64,000 nt of DNA from Mycoplasmatota bacterium (GTDB lineage: Bacteria; Bacillota_I; Bacilli_A; MAG-NZ). Position 1 is the stretch's first letter. Each line of letters starts with the position of its first letter. The position numbers and the translations under genes were made by a program. This document shows, one piece after another, positions 1 to 9,699 of this stretch. A model generated the notes under the pieces. The model saw only the letters and a list, made by a program, of their open reading frames with translations, searched no databases and was not told the DNA's origin. The stretch spans positions 1,830,615 to 1,894,614 of the forward strand of contig CP074575.1 in NCBI GenBank assembly GCA_018394315.1, in the 5' to 3' direction.

Positions 1-43
1 TCATCAATAAAGATATAGTTATAAATGCGATTATTTTTTTCAT
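1..43 (-). CDS. 5' end of a gene running off the window edge; signal-peptide-like N-terminus (MKKIIAFITISLLM...)
   Basis: ATG (CAT at 41-43) preceded by AAGGAGG SD; basic then hydrophobic N-terminus. Confidence 0.7.
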   Translation of the reverse strand, partial: MKKIIAFITISLLM

Positions 44-353
44 ATTAACCTCCTTCAATTTATTTTCCGTTGAATAATATCCTTTTATACTTAATTATTT
101 GCTTTCTATTCTAAATGATATCTCCTCAAATTTTTAAGAAGACTTTTTCAACTTTTTAAATTTAGGTATTATTAAATTCACTACGAAATATACAATTTTA
201 TATCTTGAATTATTTTTCCCTTTTATGAAAATAATATAATCACTCTTAATAATTATATTTAATAGTCAAACTCATATATAAATAGAAGTATAATTGTTGA
301 ATTCATTCTTAAATTATGTCAAAATTAATTAAGATTAAATAAAGGAGAATATT

Positions 354-743
354 ATGGCTAATCAAGTAAAAGTAAATTTCAATGAGGCTTTTTCGGGAGA
401 ATTAATTGCACCAAGAGGAACTTCTAAAATTGGATCAACAGAAGGAACACTTGCTCCTTATGACATGTTGTTAGGTGCTCTTGCATCATGTGTACATGCA
501 ACATATCTGGGTATTTGCAGAAAGAAAAAAGTAGCATATGAGTCTATTACATATGACATAGAAGGAATTAAAAAAGATGAGATTCCAACTACTCTTAAAG
601 ATGTATATGTGAAAGTAATAATTAAGAATTCAGAAAATGAGAAAAAAACTTCTTCTTCAATGGAATTAGCTGTTAAATACTGTTCTATATACCAAACATT
701 AGCAAAAGTTGCTGATATGCACTTAGATATAACTCATATATAA
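354..743 (+). CDS. OsmC/Ohr family protein
   Basis: P..MLLGALASC and KYCSI conserved-Cys motifs; AAAGGAG SD. Confidence 0.85.
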   Translation: MANQVKVNFNEAFSGELIAPRGTSKIGSTEGTLAPYDMLLGALASCVHATYLGICRKKKVAYESITYDIEGIKKDEIPTTLKDVYVKVIIKNSENEKKTSSSMELAVKYCSIYQTLAKVADMHLDITHI

Positions 744-770
744 AAATCCATTTTAAAAATGGATTTTTTT
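742..770. terminator. bidirectional intrinsic terminator
   Basis: AAAAATCCATTTT/AAAATGGATTTTT inverted repeat between convergent genes. Confidence 0.85.
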
Positions 771-781
771 GATTTAATTTA

Positions 782-1507
782 TCATAATATGCTTGCTTCT
801 TCAGTCTTAATAGAGTTTTTAATTAGTCTATTAAGTTCACTCATTTCACTCTTCGATAACGATCTCCATTTACCTATTTCTAAATCCAAACTAACATTCA
901 TAATGCGTATTCTCTTTAGTTTTGTAACTTCATAATCAAAATGAGCACACATTCTTCTAATTTGTCTATTTAATCCCTGTGTTAGTACTATTTTAAATCT
1001 TTTAGAATCTAATTGCTCTATTATACATGGTTTTGTAATTGTATCTAAAATAGGTACTCCATGACGCATCTTATAAAGAAACTTATCTGTTATCTTTTTA
1101 TTAACAGTTACAATGTATTCTTTTTCATGTAAATTACCTGATCTTAATATCTTGTTAACAATATCTCCATCATTAGTTAAGAATATTAAACCCTCACTAT
1201 CCTTATCAAGTCTTCCAATATGAAAAATTCTTTCCTTATGATTAATAAAATCTACTATATTATTTTTTTTACTTCTATCGGTTGTACATACAATTCCTAC
1301 CGGCTTATTAAAGGCAATGAAAACATATTTACTGGTTTTCTTTACAATAGAACCATTTACTTTAATAATGTCACCTATAGATACTTTATATCCAATTACA
1401 GGAATAGTATCATTTACAGTTACCTTGCCAGCTTCTATGAGTCTATCAGCCTCTCTTCTTGAACAATATCCAACCTCTGATAGGTACTTATTTAATCTAG
1501 TTTGAAT
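782..1507 (-). CDS. rluF: S4-domain 23S rRNA pseudouridine synthase (RluF/RluB/RsuA family), ~241 aa, probable ATT start
   Basis: Frame is open well upstream of the 95-aa [24 protein letters not shown]..., FNKPVG, catalytic [30 protein letters not shown] 6 nt before ATT at 1507. Confidence 0.85.
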   Translation of the reverse strand: MQTRLNKYLSEVGYCSRREADRLIEAGKVTVNDTIPVIGYKVSIGDIIKVNGSIVKKTSKYVFIAFNKPVGIVCTTDRSKKNNIVDFINHKERIFHIGRLDKDSEGLIFLTNDGDIVNKILRSGNLHEKEYIVTVNKKITDKFLYKMRHGVPILDTITKPCIIEQLDSKRFKIVLTQGLNRQIRRMCAHFDYEVTKLKRIRIMNVSLDLEIGKWRSLSKSEMSELNRLIKNSIKTEEASIL

Positions 1508-1525
1508 AAGACCACCTCCAAAACA

Positions 1526-1561
1526 AAACCATAATCTACTTAATTATAATAATTATGGTTT
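1526..1561 (-). terminator. probable terminator of the fdh operon
   Basis: AAACCATAAT...ATTATGGTTT inverted repeat followed by T-rich run on minus strand. Confidence 0.55.
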
Positions 1562-1576
1562 ATTTTTAAATCAAAA

Positions 1577-2902
1577 TTACTTTACTAGCTCACTTACTCT
1601 AAAACCATTTGTATAAACATTCATTTTTTTACTCCTTGCAAAGCCAATTAGTGTGATTCCATATTTTTCAGCAAGCCTTATTGCTAATGACGTAGGAGCA
1701 CTTCTCGAAATTAACACAGGAATTTTAGCAAGTAAACACTTTAGTACCATATCACTTGATAATCTACCACTTACAACTAATAGGCCATTTGTGTAAATAT
1801 TATTATTTAATAAATGCCCAATGATTTTATCTACAGCGTTGTGCCTTCCAATGTCTTCTTTAAAGATGATTTTATCACCAATTTTATAAATTGCAGAATG
1901 TACTCCACCTGTTGCTTTAAATAACTCGCTTTCCTGAGCTAAATATTTTGTTAACCAATAAACTACTTCCGGATGAACTTTTGAATCGTTTTCTAACATG
2001 TCTACAACAATTTGGTCAAGTTTATCATGAAAGGACGTTCCAACACCACAAGCTGAATATAATATCTTTTCCTTAGATTTTATAACTGGAGAATTCTTAA
2101 GTTCTATATCCACTCTATTTTCATCAATATCTACAGAAAGAATATCAGACACATCATCAATAACGCCTTCACCATTTAAGTGTCCTACTACTAAATCTTC
2201 AATGCTTTCAGGAGTACATAAAATAGTTATGTACTTCTCTTTATTTATATAGAGAGTTATTGGATATTCTTCTACAACAAGGTCTTCTTTAATAGATAAC
2301 GTGTCGTCATCATATTTTACTATAATGACTTGTTTACTTTTCGCATAAAGACTTAAGTCATTTTGAGTATTTATGTTAAAAAATAATTCACTAGGACTTA
2401 TATTACAATTCACATCCTTAACATCAATAATCTTAGAATTTGATCTTTTTATTAAGGAATATAGACTATGTGAACCTTCATAGTAATTCAAGCAAGATTT
2501 TCTATATAAAGAGTGAAATGGTTCTATAAACCCATTGTTTTTTAGAGAATATACTTCATAACCAGAATCACTACTGCGTAAGAAATTTATAACCTTTTCA
2601 CTAATATTAGGCATATCAACAGCAAGCAGATAGACATATTCGCTTTTAGAATTCTTTAACGCAACACTAAGTCCTGCTAATGGCCCCTTGTTTCTTTCTT
2701 CATCCTGAAATACTTTACAGTCTAAATCAGCATAAAATTCTTTATTATTAGAAACTACAATAACCTCGTCAAAATACTTATTTAGTTTTCTTATAGATTT
2801 ATGAACTAAATACTCATCACCATCTTTAACAAATTCTTTATTAAATGGCATTCTACTACTAGATCCACCCGCTAATACAACCGCTGTATTACAATTTATC
2901 AT
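1577..2902 (-). CDS. mobA-fdhD: fusion of molybdenum cofactor guanylyltransferase (MobA) and formate dehydrogenase accessory sulfurtransferase (FdhD)
   Basis: N-term VLAGGSSSRM, GPLAGL, LAVDMP, FFNINT (MobA); C-term SACGV, ATGGVH, EDIGRHNAVDK, SGRLSSDM, SAPTSLAI (FdhD). Confidence 0.9.
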   Translation of the reverse strand: MINCNTAVVLAGGSSSRMPFNKEFVKDGDEYLVHKSIRKLNKYFDEVIVVSNNKEFYADLDCKVFQDEERNKGPLAGLSVALKNSKSEYVYLLAVDMPNISEKVINFLRSSDSGYEVYSLKNNGFIEPFHSLYRKSCLNYYEGSHSLYSLIKRSNSKIIDVKDVNCNISPSELFFNINTQNDLSLYAKSKQVIIVKYDDDTLSIKEDLVVEEYPITLYINKEKYITILCTPESIEDLVVGHLNGEGVIDDVSDILSVDIDENRVDIELKNSPVIKSKEKILYSACGVGTSFHDKLDQIVVDMLENDSKVHPEVVYWLTKYLAQESELFKATGGVHSAIYKIGDKIIFKEDIGRHNAVDKIIGHLLNNNIYTNGLLVVSGRLSSDMVLKCLLAKIPVLISRSAPTSLAIRLAEKYGITLIGFARSKKMNVYTNGFRVSELVK

Positions 2903-5558
2903 CAAATTTTACAGCACAAACTTTTAACTCTGGAATATCACAAAATTGATCCAGTGCAGTGTTAGTTAACACATTTGCACCATTAGCAAAATGGAATGGC
3001 ATAAAAATCACATCGTCTTTGATTGTATCTACCACTTTTACTACCGCTATAGTTGTTCCTCTTCTTGAAGATACGTATGTTTTTGCACCATTAATTAAGT
3101 TATATTTTTTTGCTGTCTCTTTAGATATTTCAAAGAAATTTTCTGGAACGATTTTATTAATACCTTCAGTTTTATTTGTCATAGTGGCAGTATGGTAGTG
3201 ATAAAGCGTTCTACCAGTTGTAAGTGTAATAGGATACTCATCATCTGCGACTTCCATAGGTGAAATATACTCAACTGGTGTGAACAATCCCTTCCCACGT
3301 GAGAACTTATCTTTATGTAAGTATTTAGTACCTGGATGAGACTCATCAAAACACGGCCATTGTAATCCTGATTTAGACACTCTATCATAGTTCACACCAC
3401 CATAAATAGGCGTCAAGGAAGCAATTTCATCCATGATATCACTTGGTGACGAATATGCTTGTGGATATCCTAATTCAGTCATTAACTCCTTCAGTATAAT
3501 CCAGTCAGGTTTACTATTTCCAGTAGGCTCAATCACCTTATTAACTAACTGAATTTTTCGCTCGGTATTTGTAAATGTTCCTGTTTTTTCAGCATATGAA
3601 CTTGCTGGTAATACCACATCCGCAAATTCAGCAGTTTCTGTTAAAAAGATATCTTGAACCACTAAGAAATCAACACTTTCTAATCCATGTTTTACATGAT
3701 TTATATCAGGATCAGAGATCATTGGATTTTCTCCCATAATATATAAAAATTTAATTTCATCATTTACCATACCATCAATTATCTTAGGTACAGTTAAACC
3801 AACTTGTGAGTCCAACTTAACTCCCCAAGCACTCTCAAACTTGGCTCTCGCTAAGTCATCAAAAACTTTTTGGTAACCGGTAAAATTATTTGGTAAAGCA
3901 CCTAAGTCACAGGCTCCTTGAACATTATTCTGACCTCTGAGTGGATTTATTCCCGATGATTCTTTTCCAACATGACCACATAGCATTGCCAAATTAGCTA
4001 CAGATTTAACTCCATTTGTTCCTTGAGAATGTTGAGTAACACCCATAGAGTAGTAAATTCCAGCTCTTTTTCCTTTTGCATATATCTCAGCAGCTTTCTC
4101 AATATCCTCTTTTTTACAGCCACATATCTGAGCTGCTTCTTCTGTTGTAAAGTCTTCGATGGATTTAATAAACTCTTCAAATCCTTCGGTTCTTAATCTT
4201 ATAAATTCTTCATCCTGAAGATCATTTTTATAAATATAGTGCATCATTCCTTTAAATAAGGCTACATTACTACCTGGCTGTATTTGAATAAACACATCCG
4301 CATTTTCTGCAAGTTCTATTTCTCTTGGTTCAGCTACTATAACTTTAGCTCCTCTTGCTTGAGCTTGCTTCATAAATGATCCGATTACAGGATGAGTACT
4401 TGTAGTATTTGATCCAGCGATAAATATTACATCATGGTCAAGAACCTCTGAAATACTGTTAGTCATCGCTCCGCTTCCCAAAGTAGAACCTAAGCCAGCT
4501 ACAGTTGACGCATGACATAATCTAGCACAATGATCTACATTATTAGTCCCAAATACAGCTCTCATCATCTTTTGGAAGAGATAGTTCTCTTCATTTGTAC
4601 ATCTAGCAGAAGAAAGTCCTGCAAAGGAATTAGGATAATCTTTCTTAATAAGATCTACCTTATCTTTAATCAAAGAATAAGCTTCATCCCACGTAGCCTC
4701 TTCAAATACACCATTTCTTTTTATAAGTGGTGTTTTTAATCTATTAGGATGGTTTATAAAATTAAATGCAAACTTTCCTTTTACACATAGCAAACCATTA
4801 TTAACAGCATCAACTACTGGTTCAACTCGAACAACTTCTCCATTTGTAACTACTAGTTCCATTTGACAACCGACACCACAATATGGACATGTTGTTTTAG
4901 TTCTGGTTGTATTCCAATTTCTATATTTAGATTTAGATTTAGGCATTAATGCCCCTGTTGGACATACGCTTACACAGTTACCACAACTTACACAATTAGC
5001 TTCATCAAAATCTTCATTTGCAAAAGTTACAAAAGTTTCATTTCCTCTATTAACATAACCTAATGCTCCTACTTGCATTTGTTCATCACACATACGAATA
5101 CACTTACCGCATAAGATACATTTTCTTGGATCTATTTCAAAGAAATGATTGCTTTCATTTTTCGGTTGATTCCTTTTATGGGCATCAAATATTGGTTCTA
5201 CATCTATATCATACTCATAATTATACTCTTCTAATTTACATTCCCCACTTTTTTCACAAACCACACACTCATTTGGATGTGGTCCCCAAAGTAGAGATAA
5301 ATTATGTTTTCTAGCTTCAATAACTTTATCGCTGTGCGTTTCAATTGCCATCCCCTCAGCAACTTCTAAATTACATGATGTTAGAAGCTTTTCTCCTCCA
5401 TTTACTTCAACAACACATAATCTACAACTTGTTTCTTTACTTAATCTATCATCATGACAAAGTGTAGGAATATTAATTCCCAATTCTTTGGTTACTTCTA
5501 AGACTGTAGTTTTTTCTTTAGCCTCTATTTGTCTTCCGTTAATCGTTAATTTAACCAT
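2889..5558 (-). CDS. fdhF: Mo/W-bisPGD formate dehydrogenase alpha subunit with N-terminal Fe-S domains (Cys-type)
   Basis: IPTLCH/CRLCVVE 2Fe-2S, HxxxCxxCxxxxxC, two CxxCxxC motifs, TTCPYCGVGC, CARLCHAST active site, LRGQNNVQGACD. Confidence 0.95.
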   Translation of the reverse strand: MVKLTINGRQIEAKEKTTVLEVTKELGINIPTLCHDDRLSKETSCRLCVVEVNGGEKLLTSCNLEVAEGMAIETHSDKVIEARKHNLSLLWGPHPNECVVCEKSGECKLEEYNYEYDIDVEPIFDAHKRNQPKNESNHFFEIDPRKCILCGKCIRMCDEQMQVGALGYVNRGNETFVTFANEDFDEANCVSCGNCVSVCPTGALMPKSKSKYRNWNTTRTKTTCPYCGVGCQMELVVTNGEVVRVEPVVDAVNNGLLCVKGKFAFNFINHPNRLKTPLIKRNGVFEEATWDEAYSLIKDKVDLIKKDYPNSFAGLSSARCTNEENYLFQKMMRAVFGTNNVDHCARLCHASTVAGLGSTLGSGAMTNSISEVLDHDVIFIAGSNTTSTHPVIGSFMKQAQARGAKVIVAEPREIELAENADVFIQIQPGSNVALFKGMMHYIYKNDLQDEEFIRLRTEGFEEFIKSIEDFTTEEAAQICGCKKEDIEKAAEIYAKGKRAGIYYSMGVTQHSQGTNGVKSVANLAMLCGHVGKESSGINPLRGQNNVQGACDLGALPNNFTGYQKVFDDLARAKFESAWGVKLDSQVGLTVPKIIDGMVNDEIKFLYIMGENPMISDPDINHVKHGLESVDFLVVQDIFLTETAEFADVVLPASSYAEKTGTFTNTERKIQLVNKVIEPTGNSKPDWIILKELMTELGYPQAYSSPSDIMDEIASLTPIYGGVNYDRVSKSGLQWPCFDESHPGTKYLHKDKFSRGKGLFTPVEYISPMEVADDEYPITLTTGRTLYHYHTATMTNKTEGINKIVPENFFEISKETAKKYNLINGAKTYVSSRRGTTIAVVKVVDTIKDDVIFMPFHFANGANVLTNTALDQFCDIPELKVCAVKFDDKL

Positions 5559-5566
5559 AATTCCAC

Positions 5567-7426
5567 CTACCTTGTCACAATTGCATCAAATGGACATCTA
5601 TTAAAACAATCTCCACATAAGATACATTTTTCTTTATTTATAGTATGCTTTTCTTTTCTTTCACCACTTATACACTCAACTGGACAATTTTTTGCACATA
5701 TCGTACATCCTGTACACTTGTCAGTGATAATATATTCATTTATTAAATCTTTACATACACTAGCACTGCATCTCTTATCTTCTATATGTTCAATATACTC
5801 ATCTTTAAAATATTCTAAAGTTGAAAGAATTGGATTCGGTGCGGTTTGTCCTAAACCGCATAAAGAAGTTGAAACTGTTGATTCTGCTAAAGATTCCAAT
5901 AAATCAATATCCTGTAATGTAGCTTTTCCTGAAGTAATATTATTTAATATGTTATACATTTGGATAGTTCCTTCTCTACAAGGAGTACACTTTCCACAAG
6001 ACTCTTCTACCATAAAATCAATATAGAACTTAGCTATATCTACCATACAGTTCTTATCATCTAATACTATCATTCCTCCAGAACCCATCATGCTTCCTAA
6101 CTCTTTTAATCTATCAAAATCCACAATTTCATCTAAATGTTCTTCTGTTAAACATCCCCCACTTGGTCCTCCAGTTAATACTGCCTTAAATTTTCTTCCC
6201 TTTAGCATTCCTCCACCGATATCATAGATTATCTCTCTTAATGTAATTCCCATCGGCACTTCGATTAATCCTGTGTTTTTTACTTTTCCAACTAACGCAA
6301 ATACTTTTGTTCCACTTGATTTTTTTGTTCCTATTCCTTTAAACCATTCAGAACCCTTTTTTATAATCTCTGGTATTACTGCAAATGTTTCTACGTTATT
6401 TATTATCGTTGGTGCTCCCCATAATCCTTTACTCGCTGGAAATGGAGGTTTTGTTCTTGGCATCCCTCTTTCACCTTCAATAGAAGCTATTAATGCTGTT
6501 TCCTCACCGCACACAAATGCTCCTGCGCCTAGTCTTATCTCTAAATCAAAATTGAAGCCAGTCGCTAATATATCTTTTCCGAGTAATCCTTCTCTTTTCG
6601 CCTTTTCTATCGCTAGCTCAAGCCTCTCCACAGCTTGTGGATATTCCGCTCTTACATACACATAACCAAAATTAGCTCCTATCGCATATGCTCCAATTGC
6701 CATTGCTTCTATTACACTATGCGGGTCTCCTTCTAAGATACTTCTATCCATAAATGCTCCTGGATCCCCTTCATCTGCATTACAGATAATATATTTTGTC
6801 TGAGATTCATTGTTTCTTGCAAACTGCCATTTAATTCCTGTTGGAAATCCTCCTCCACCACGTCCACGAAGTCCAGATTCTTTTATTACTTCTATTACTT
6901 CTTGTGGTGTCATCTCTAAAGCTTTTGCTAATGCTTGATATCCTCCAGCTCCAATATATTCATCAATACTTTCTGCATTTATAAATCCACAGTTTCTTAA
7001 TGCTATCTTCACTTGTTTCTTATAAAAAGGAATTTCTTTTGTTGTTTCAATTGCTTTTTTAGTTTCAGGGTTAATATATAATTTCTTCTTATATACTTCT
7101 CCCTTTACTAAATGACTTTCTACTATTTCATTTATATCTTTTGGGTTTACTTGCGAATAAAATATATCTTCAGGCATCACTTTTACTATCGGACCTTTCT
7201 CACAAAAACCGAAACATCCAGTTTCTTTTACTTCTATATCTAATCCATTGTCACTAATTGCTTCTCTTAATCTTTCTACTAGTGTATCTGACTTTAATGA
7301 TTTACATCCTGCTACTCCACATACTAATACTTCTTTTCTTCCATTAGTTTCAAGACCTGCACGGTTTAATATCTTACCTTTTGTTTCGTTATATCTTTTA
7401 ACTAATTCTTCACTACTTCTAATCAT
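5567..7426 (-). CDS. NADH/FMN-binding subunit (NuoF/HydB/HylB-like) with N-terminal thioredoxin-like Fe-S and C-terminal 2x[4Fe-4S] domains
   Basis: SGLRGRGGGGFPTG, CNADEGDPGAFMD, GAGAFVCGEETAL, GGPSGG, ESCGKCTPCREG, two C-terminal CxxCxxC; ATG 7426 after GAGGGTG SD. Confidence 0.93.
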   Translation of the reverse strand: MIRSSEELVKRYNETKGKILNRAGLETNGRKEVLVCGVAGCKSLKSDTLVERLREAISDNGLDIEVKETGCFGFCEKGPIVKVMPEDIFYSQVNPKDINEIVESHLVKGEVYKKKLYINPETKKAIETTKEIPFYKKQVKIALRNCGFINAESIDEYIGAGGYQALAKALEMTPQEVIEVIKESGLRGRGGGGFPTGIKWQFARNNESQTKYIICNADEGDPGAFMDRSILEGDPHSVIEAMAIGAYAIGANFGYVYVRAEYPQAVERLELAIEKAKREGLLGKDILATGFNFDLEIRLGAGAFVCGEETALIASIEGERGMPRTKPPFPASKGLWGAPTIINNVETFAVIPEIIKKGSEWFKGIGTKKSSGTKVFALVGKVKNTGLIEVPMGITLREIIYDIGGGMLKGRKFKAVLTGGPSGGCLTEEHLDEIVDFDRLKELGSMMGSGGMIVLDDKNCMVDIAKFYIDFMVEESCGKCTPCREGTIQMYNILNNITSGKATLQDIDLLESLAESTVSTSLCGLGQTAPNPILSTLEYFKDEYIEHIEDKRCSASVCKDLINEYIITDKCTGCTICAKNCPVECISGERKEKHTINKEKCILCGDCFNRCPFDAIVTR

Positions 7427-7913
7427 TAATAGCACCCTCTTTATGCTTATTTAAGGCTTCTACAGATTTTGATACATTTAAATTACCATATACTTCTTCA
7501 TTAACAGTCATCACCGGAGCTAATCCACATGCTCCAATACATCTTGTTGCTTCTAGTGTGAATTTTCCATCATCTGTAGTTTCATTACTCTTTATTTTTA
7601 ATTCAGAACCTATTTTATCTAATATTGCTTGGGCTCCTTTTACATAACATGCTGTTCCTAAACATACTCCTATTATGTTCTCACCCTTTGGTTCTAGTGA
7701 AAATTGTGCATAGAATGTTACTACACCATTTATTTTCGCAACTGGAATGTTTAATTCTTTTGATATCATTTTCTGTATTTCATATGGTATACATCCTATT
7801 AGCTTCTGAGCATCATGCAAACTAGGCATAAGTGGTCCTGGTTTTTCTTTATGAGTCTTTATTTTATTCTTTAATTCTTTTATTTGCTCTTCTCTTATTG
7901 CTAGTTTAATCAT
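7419..7913 (-). CDS. NuoE/HydC-like [2Fe-2S] subunit
   Basis: VVTFYAQF, VCLGTACYVKG, CIGACGLAP motifs. Confidence 0.93.
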   Translation of the reverse strand: MIKLAIREEQIKELKNKIKTHKEKPGPLMPSLHDAQKLIGCIPYEIQKMISKELNIPVAKINGVVTFYAQFSLEPKGENIIGVCLGTACYVKGAQAILDKIGSELKIKSNETTDDGKFTLEATRCIGACGLAPVMTVNEEVYGNLNVSKSVEALNKHKEGAIND

Positions 7914-7989
7914 AACTTCCCCCCCTGTGGTTTTGTTTTTTCACTATAAAATAAAAAGAGTATTAATATTACTCTTTATACTAACCATA

Positions 7990-8018
7990 ATTATATCATA
8001 TTTATGAAAGCGGTTTTT
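7990..8018 (-). promoter_or_regulatory. extended -10 promoter of the fdh operon with cre-like box over the -35 position
   Basis: TGATATAAT (7998-7990); TGAAAGCGGTTTTT (8005-8018) resembles CcpA cre. Confidence 0.55.
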
Positions 8019-8023
8019 ACATT

Positions 8024-8647
8024 TTACTCAAAATATGCACTACTACCATTTTTATAATTATTATAAATAATCATCAATTCTTCCATAGTAGTTTTAGTAG
8101 ATAACTCCGGCAAATTATCAATATCGAACCATCCCACATCTAACACTTCAAAATTAGGGTTAAATTCTCCACCTATAACCTTAGCTAAAAAGAAAATATT
8201 ATAAACTTCATACATTTTACTTTTTCTATACTTCCTTCTATCTTGAATTCCTAACAACTTAGTAATCTTAACATCAAGTCCTGATTCCTCTTTAGTTTCT
8301 TTGATAGCAGCTTCCATTGGTGTAGTGTCAATATCACACCATCCTCCTGGTAAAGACCATTTACCCTTATCATGCATTTTTGCTTCTTGAACTAATAATA
8401 ATTTATCATTTTTTATAACTAATGTTCTTACACAAGGCTGAGGAGTCGGGTAGTAAAATTCATGATATATATCATATGGTCTAACTTCTAACCCGATATA
8501 CTCATTTAGCATTTTAGTACTCTCATCGAGCAACTCATGGTAATTATCTAGAGCATATTCATCAGTAGAATAGGTTATACCTGTATGAGCAATAGCATTT
8601 ACTTTCTTAATAAACTCAAATATCTTATCGTTCACAATATCACTCAC
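8024..8647 (-). CDS. NUDIX hydrolase with N-terminal Nudix_N domain (YjhB-like)
   Basis: YPTP motif and WSLPGGW...AAIKETKEESG Nudix box. Confidence 0.9.
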   Translation of the reverse strand: MSDIVNDKIFEFIKKVNAIAHTGITYSTDEYALDNYHELLDESTKMLNEYIGLEVRPYDIYHEFYYPTPQPCVRTLVIKNDKLLLVQEAKMHDKGKWSLPGGWCDIDTTPMEAAIKETKEESGLDVKITKLLGIQDRRKYRKSKMYEVYNIFFLAKVIGGEFNPNFEVLDVGWFDIDNLPELSTKTTMEELMIIYNNYKNGSSAYFE

Positions 8648-8957
8648 TCTCTAAGATAATATTAACACAAAATGTAATTATTATTTACAACAATAAAAAA
8701 TAATGAAAGTTTAACCCCTCATTATTCATTATACTTATTTTTCATGTTCTATCTAATGTGGAATCGCTAAGATGAATATTCTCATCCACATAACTATCTC
8801 GTTACAAATCAATATTAATTTTACTATTTCGTTTAATGATTCTCATAAAATATAAAATTTAATAGATTTGATAACGAATCATCAAGGTTAGGTTCATTTT
8901 CGAGAAAATCTGATATGTCTTTCCAATTTGTAAAAAATCTAAAGTCTCATAAAGTAT

Positions 8958-9632
8958 TTATTCGGATTTATTAAGACTAGTTTTAAATTCACTATATCCC
9001 ATAAAGACCACCCAAACATAAGCAAGTGTTTTAGGTATCATAAATACTCCAATCACTCTAATAGTACTTGCCCAGATTACCACTGGGATATAAAATCCAA
9101 ATGACAATACTATTGCAAGCCACATGTATCTAAAGGCTTTGTCGTTATTTTTGTTCGCTTCTTTATAGAATAACCATATAATAATAATCCCCATAATGGC
9201 AAATGGAATATTTCTATAAATCCCCCAAGATACAGGTGCATAATAGTTAAGCCATTCATTTTGTGGAAAGAAACATAACGCTATTCTAACTATAGCTAAC
9301 AAATAGATAAACAAAGTTAGTATTTTATTTTCTTTTACTTTATAGCGCATTCTCCATATATTATATAAGATCACATAAAATATAGTCATAGTAATGGACG
9401 TTATAAGTTTGCCTATACCTAATATAGCTGCGTTAGCTTCAAGACCCGTAGATAATAATGCATAAGATCTTGGGATCAAGTGAAAAGCATCACCGAAACC
9501 TAATAAAACTGCCATTAGTCCAAAAAGTTTATGCTGTATATTATCACCAGATTTTTTTATCATAATAGTTCCAAGAGTTATTACAGTAGAAAGATAAATA
9601 ATATCAAATAAAGTTTCTATAATTGCTTGCAT
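8958..9632 (-). CDS. uncharacterised multi-pass membrane protein
   Basis: ~7 hydrophobic segments, LGFGDAFHLIPR motif; ATG 9632 after AGAGGAGG SD. Confidence 0.75.
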   Translation of the reverse strand: MQAIIETLFDIIYLSTVITLGTIMIKKSGDNIQHKLFGLMAVLLGFGDAFHLIPRSYALLSTGLEANAAILGIGKLITSITMTIFYVILYNIWRMRYKVKENKILTLFIYLLAIVRIALCFFPQNEWLNYYAPVSWGIYRNIPFAIMGIIIIWLFYKEANKNNDKAFRYMWLAIVLSFGFYIPVVIWASTIRVIGVFMIPKTLAYVWVVFMGYSEFKTSLNKSE

Positions 9633-9699
9633 TTGGACCTCCTCTAAATTTTTGATTTTGAACATTGCTTCTTCAAAGGTAAAAAGGGAATAGTTTTCT

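Noticed and set aside
1220..1505. Plus-strand ORFs 1220-1462 and 1317-1505
   Set aside because: Antisense shadows of the full-length pseudouridine synthase.
4520..4530. Selenocysteine at the FDH active site
   Set aside because: The codon is TGT (CARLCH); there is no in-frame TGA.
7914..8023. Moco/Tuco riboswitch or Rex box upstream of fdh
   Set aside because: The region is too short and AT-rich for the riboswitch; the Rex match is only a half-site.
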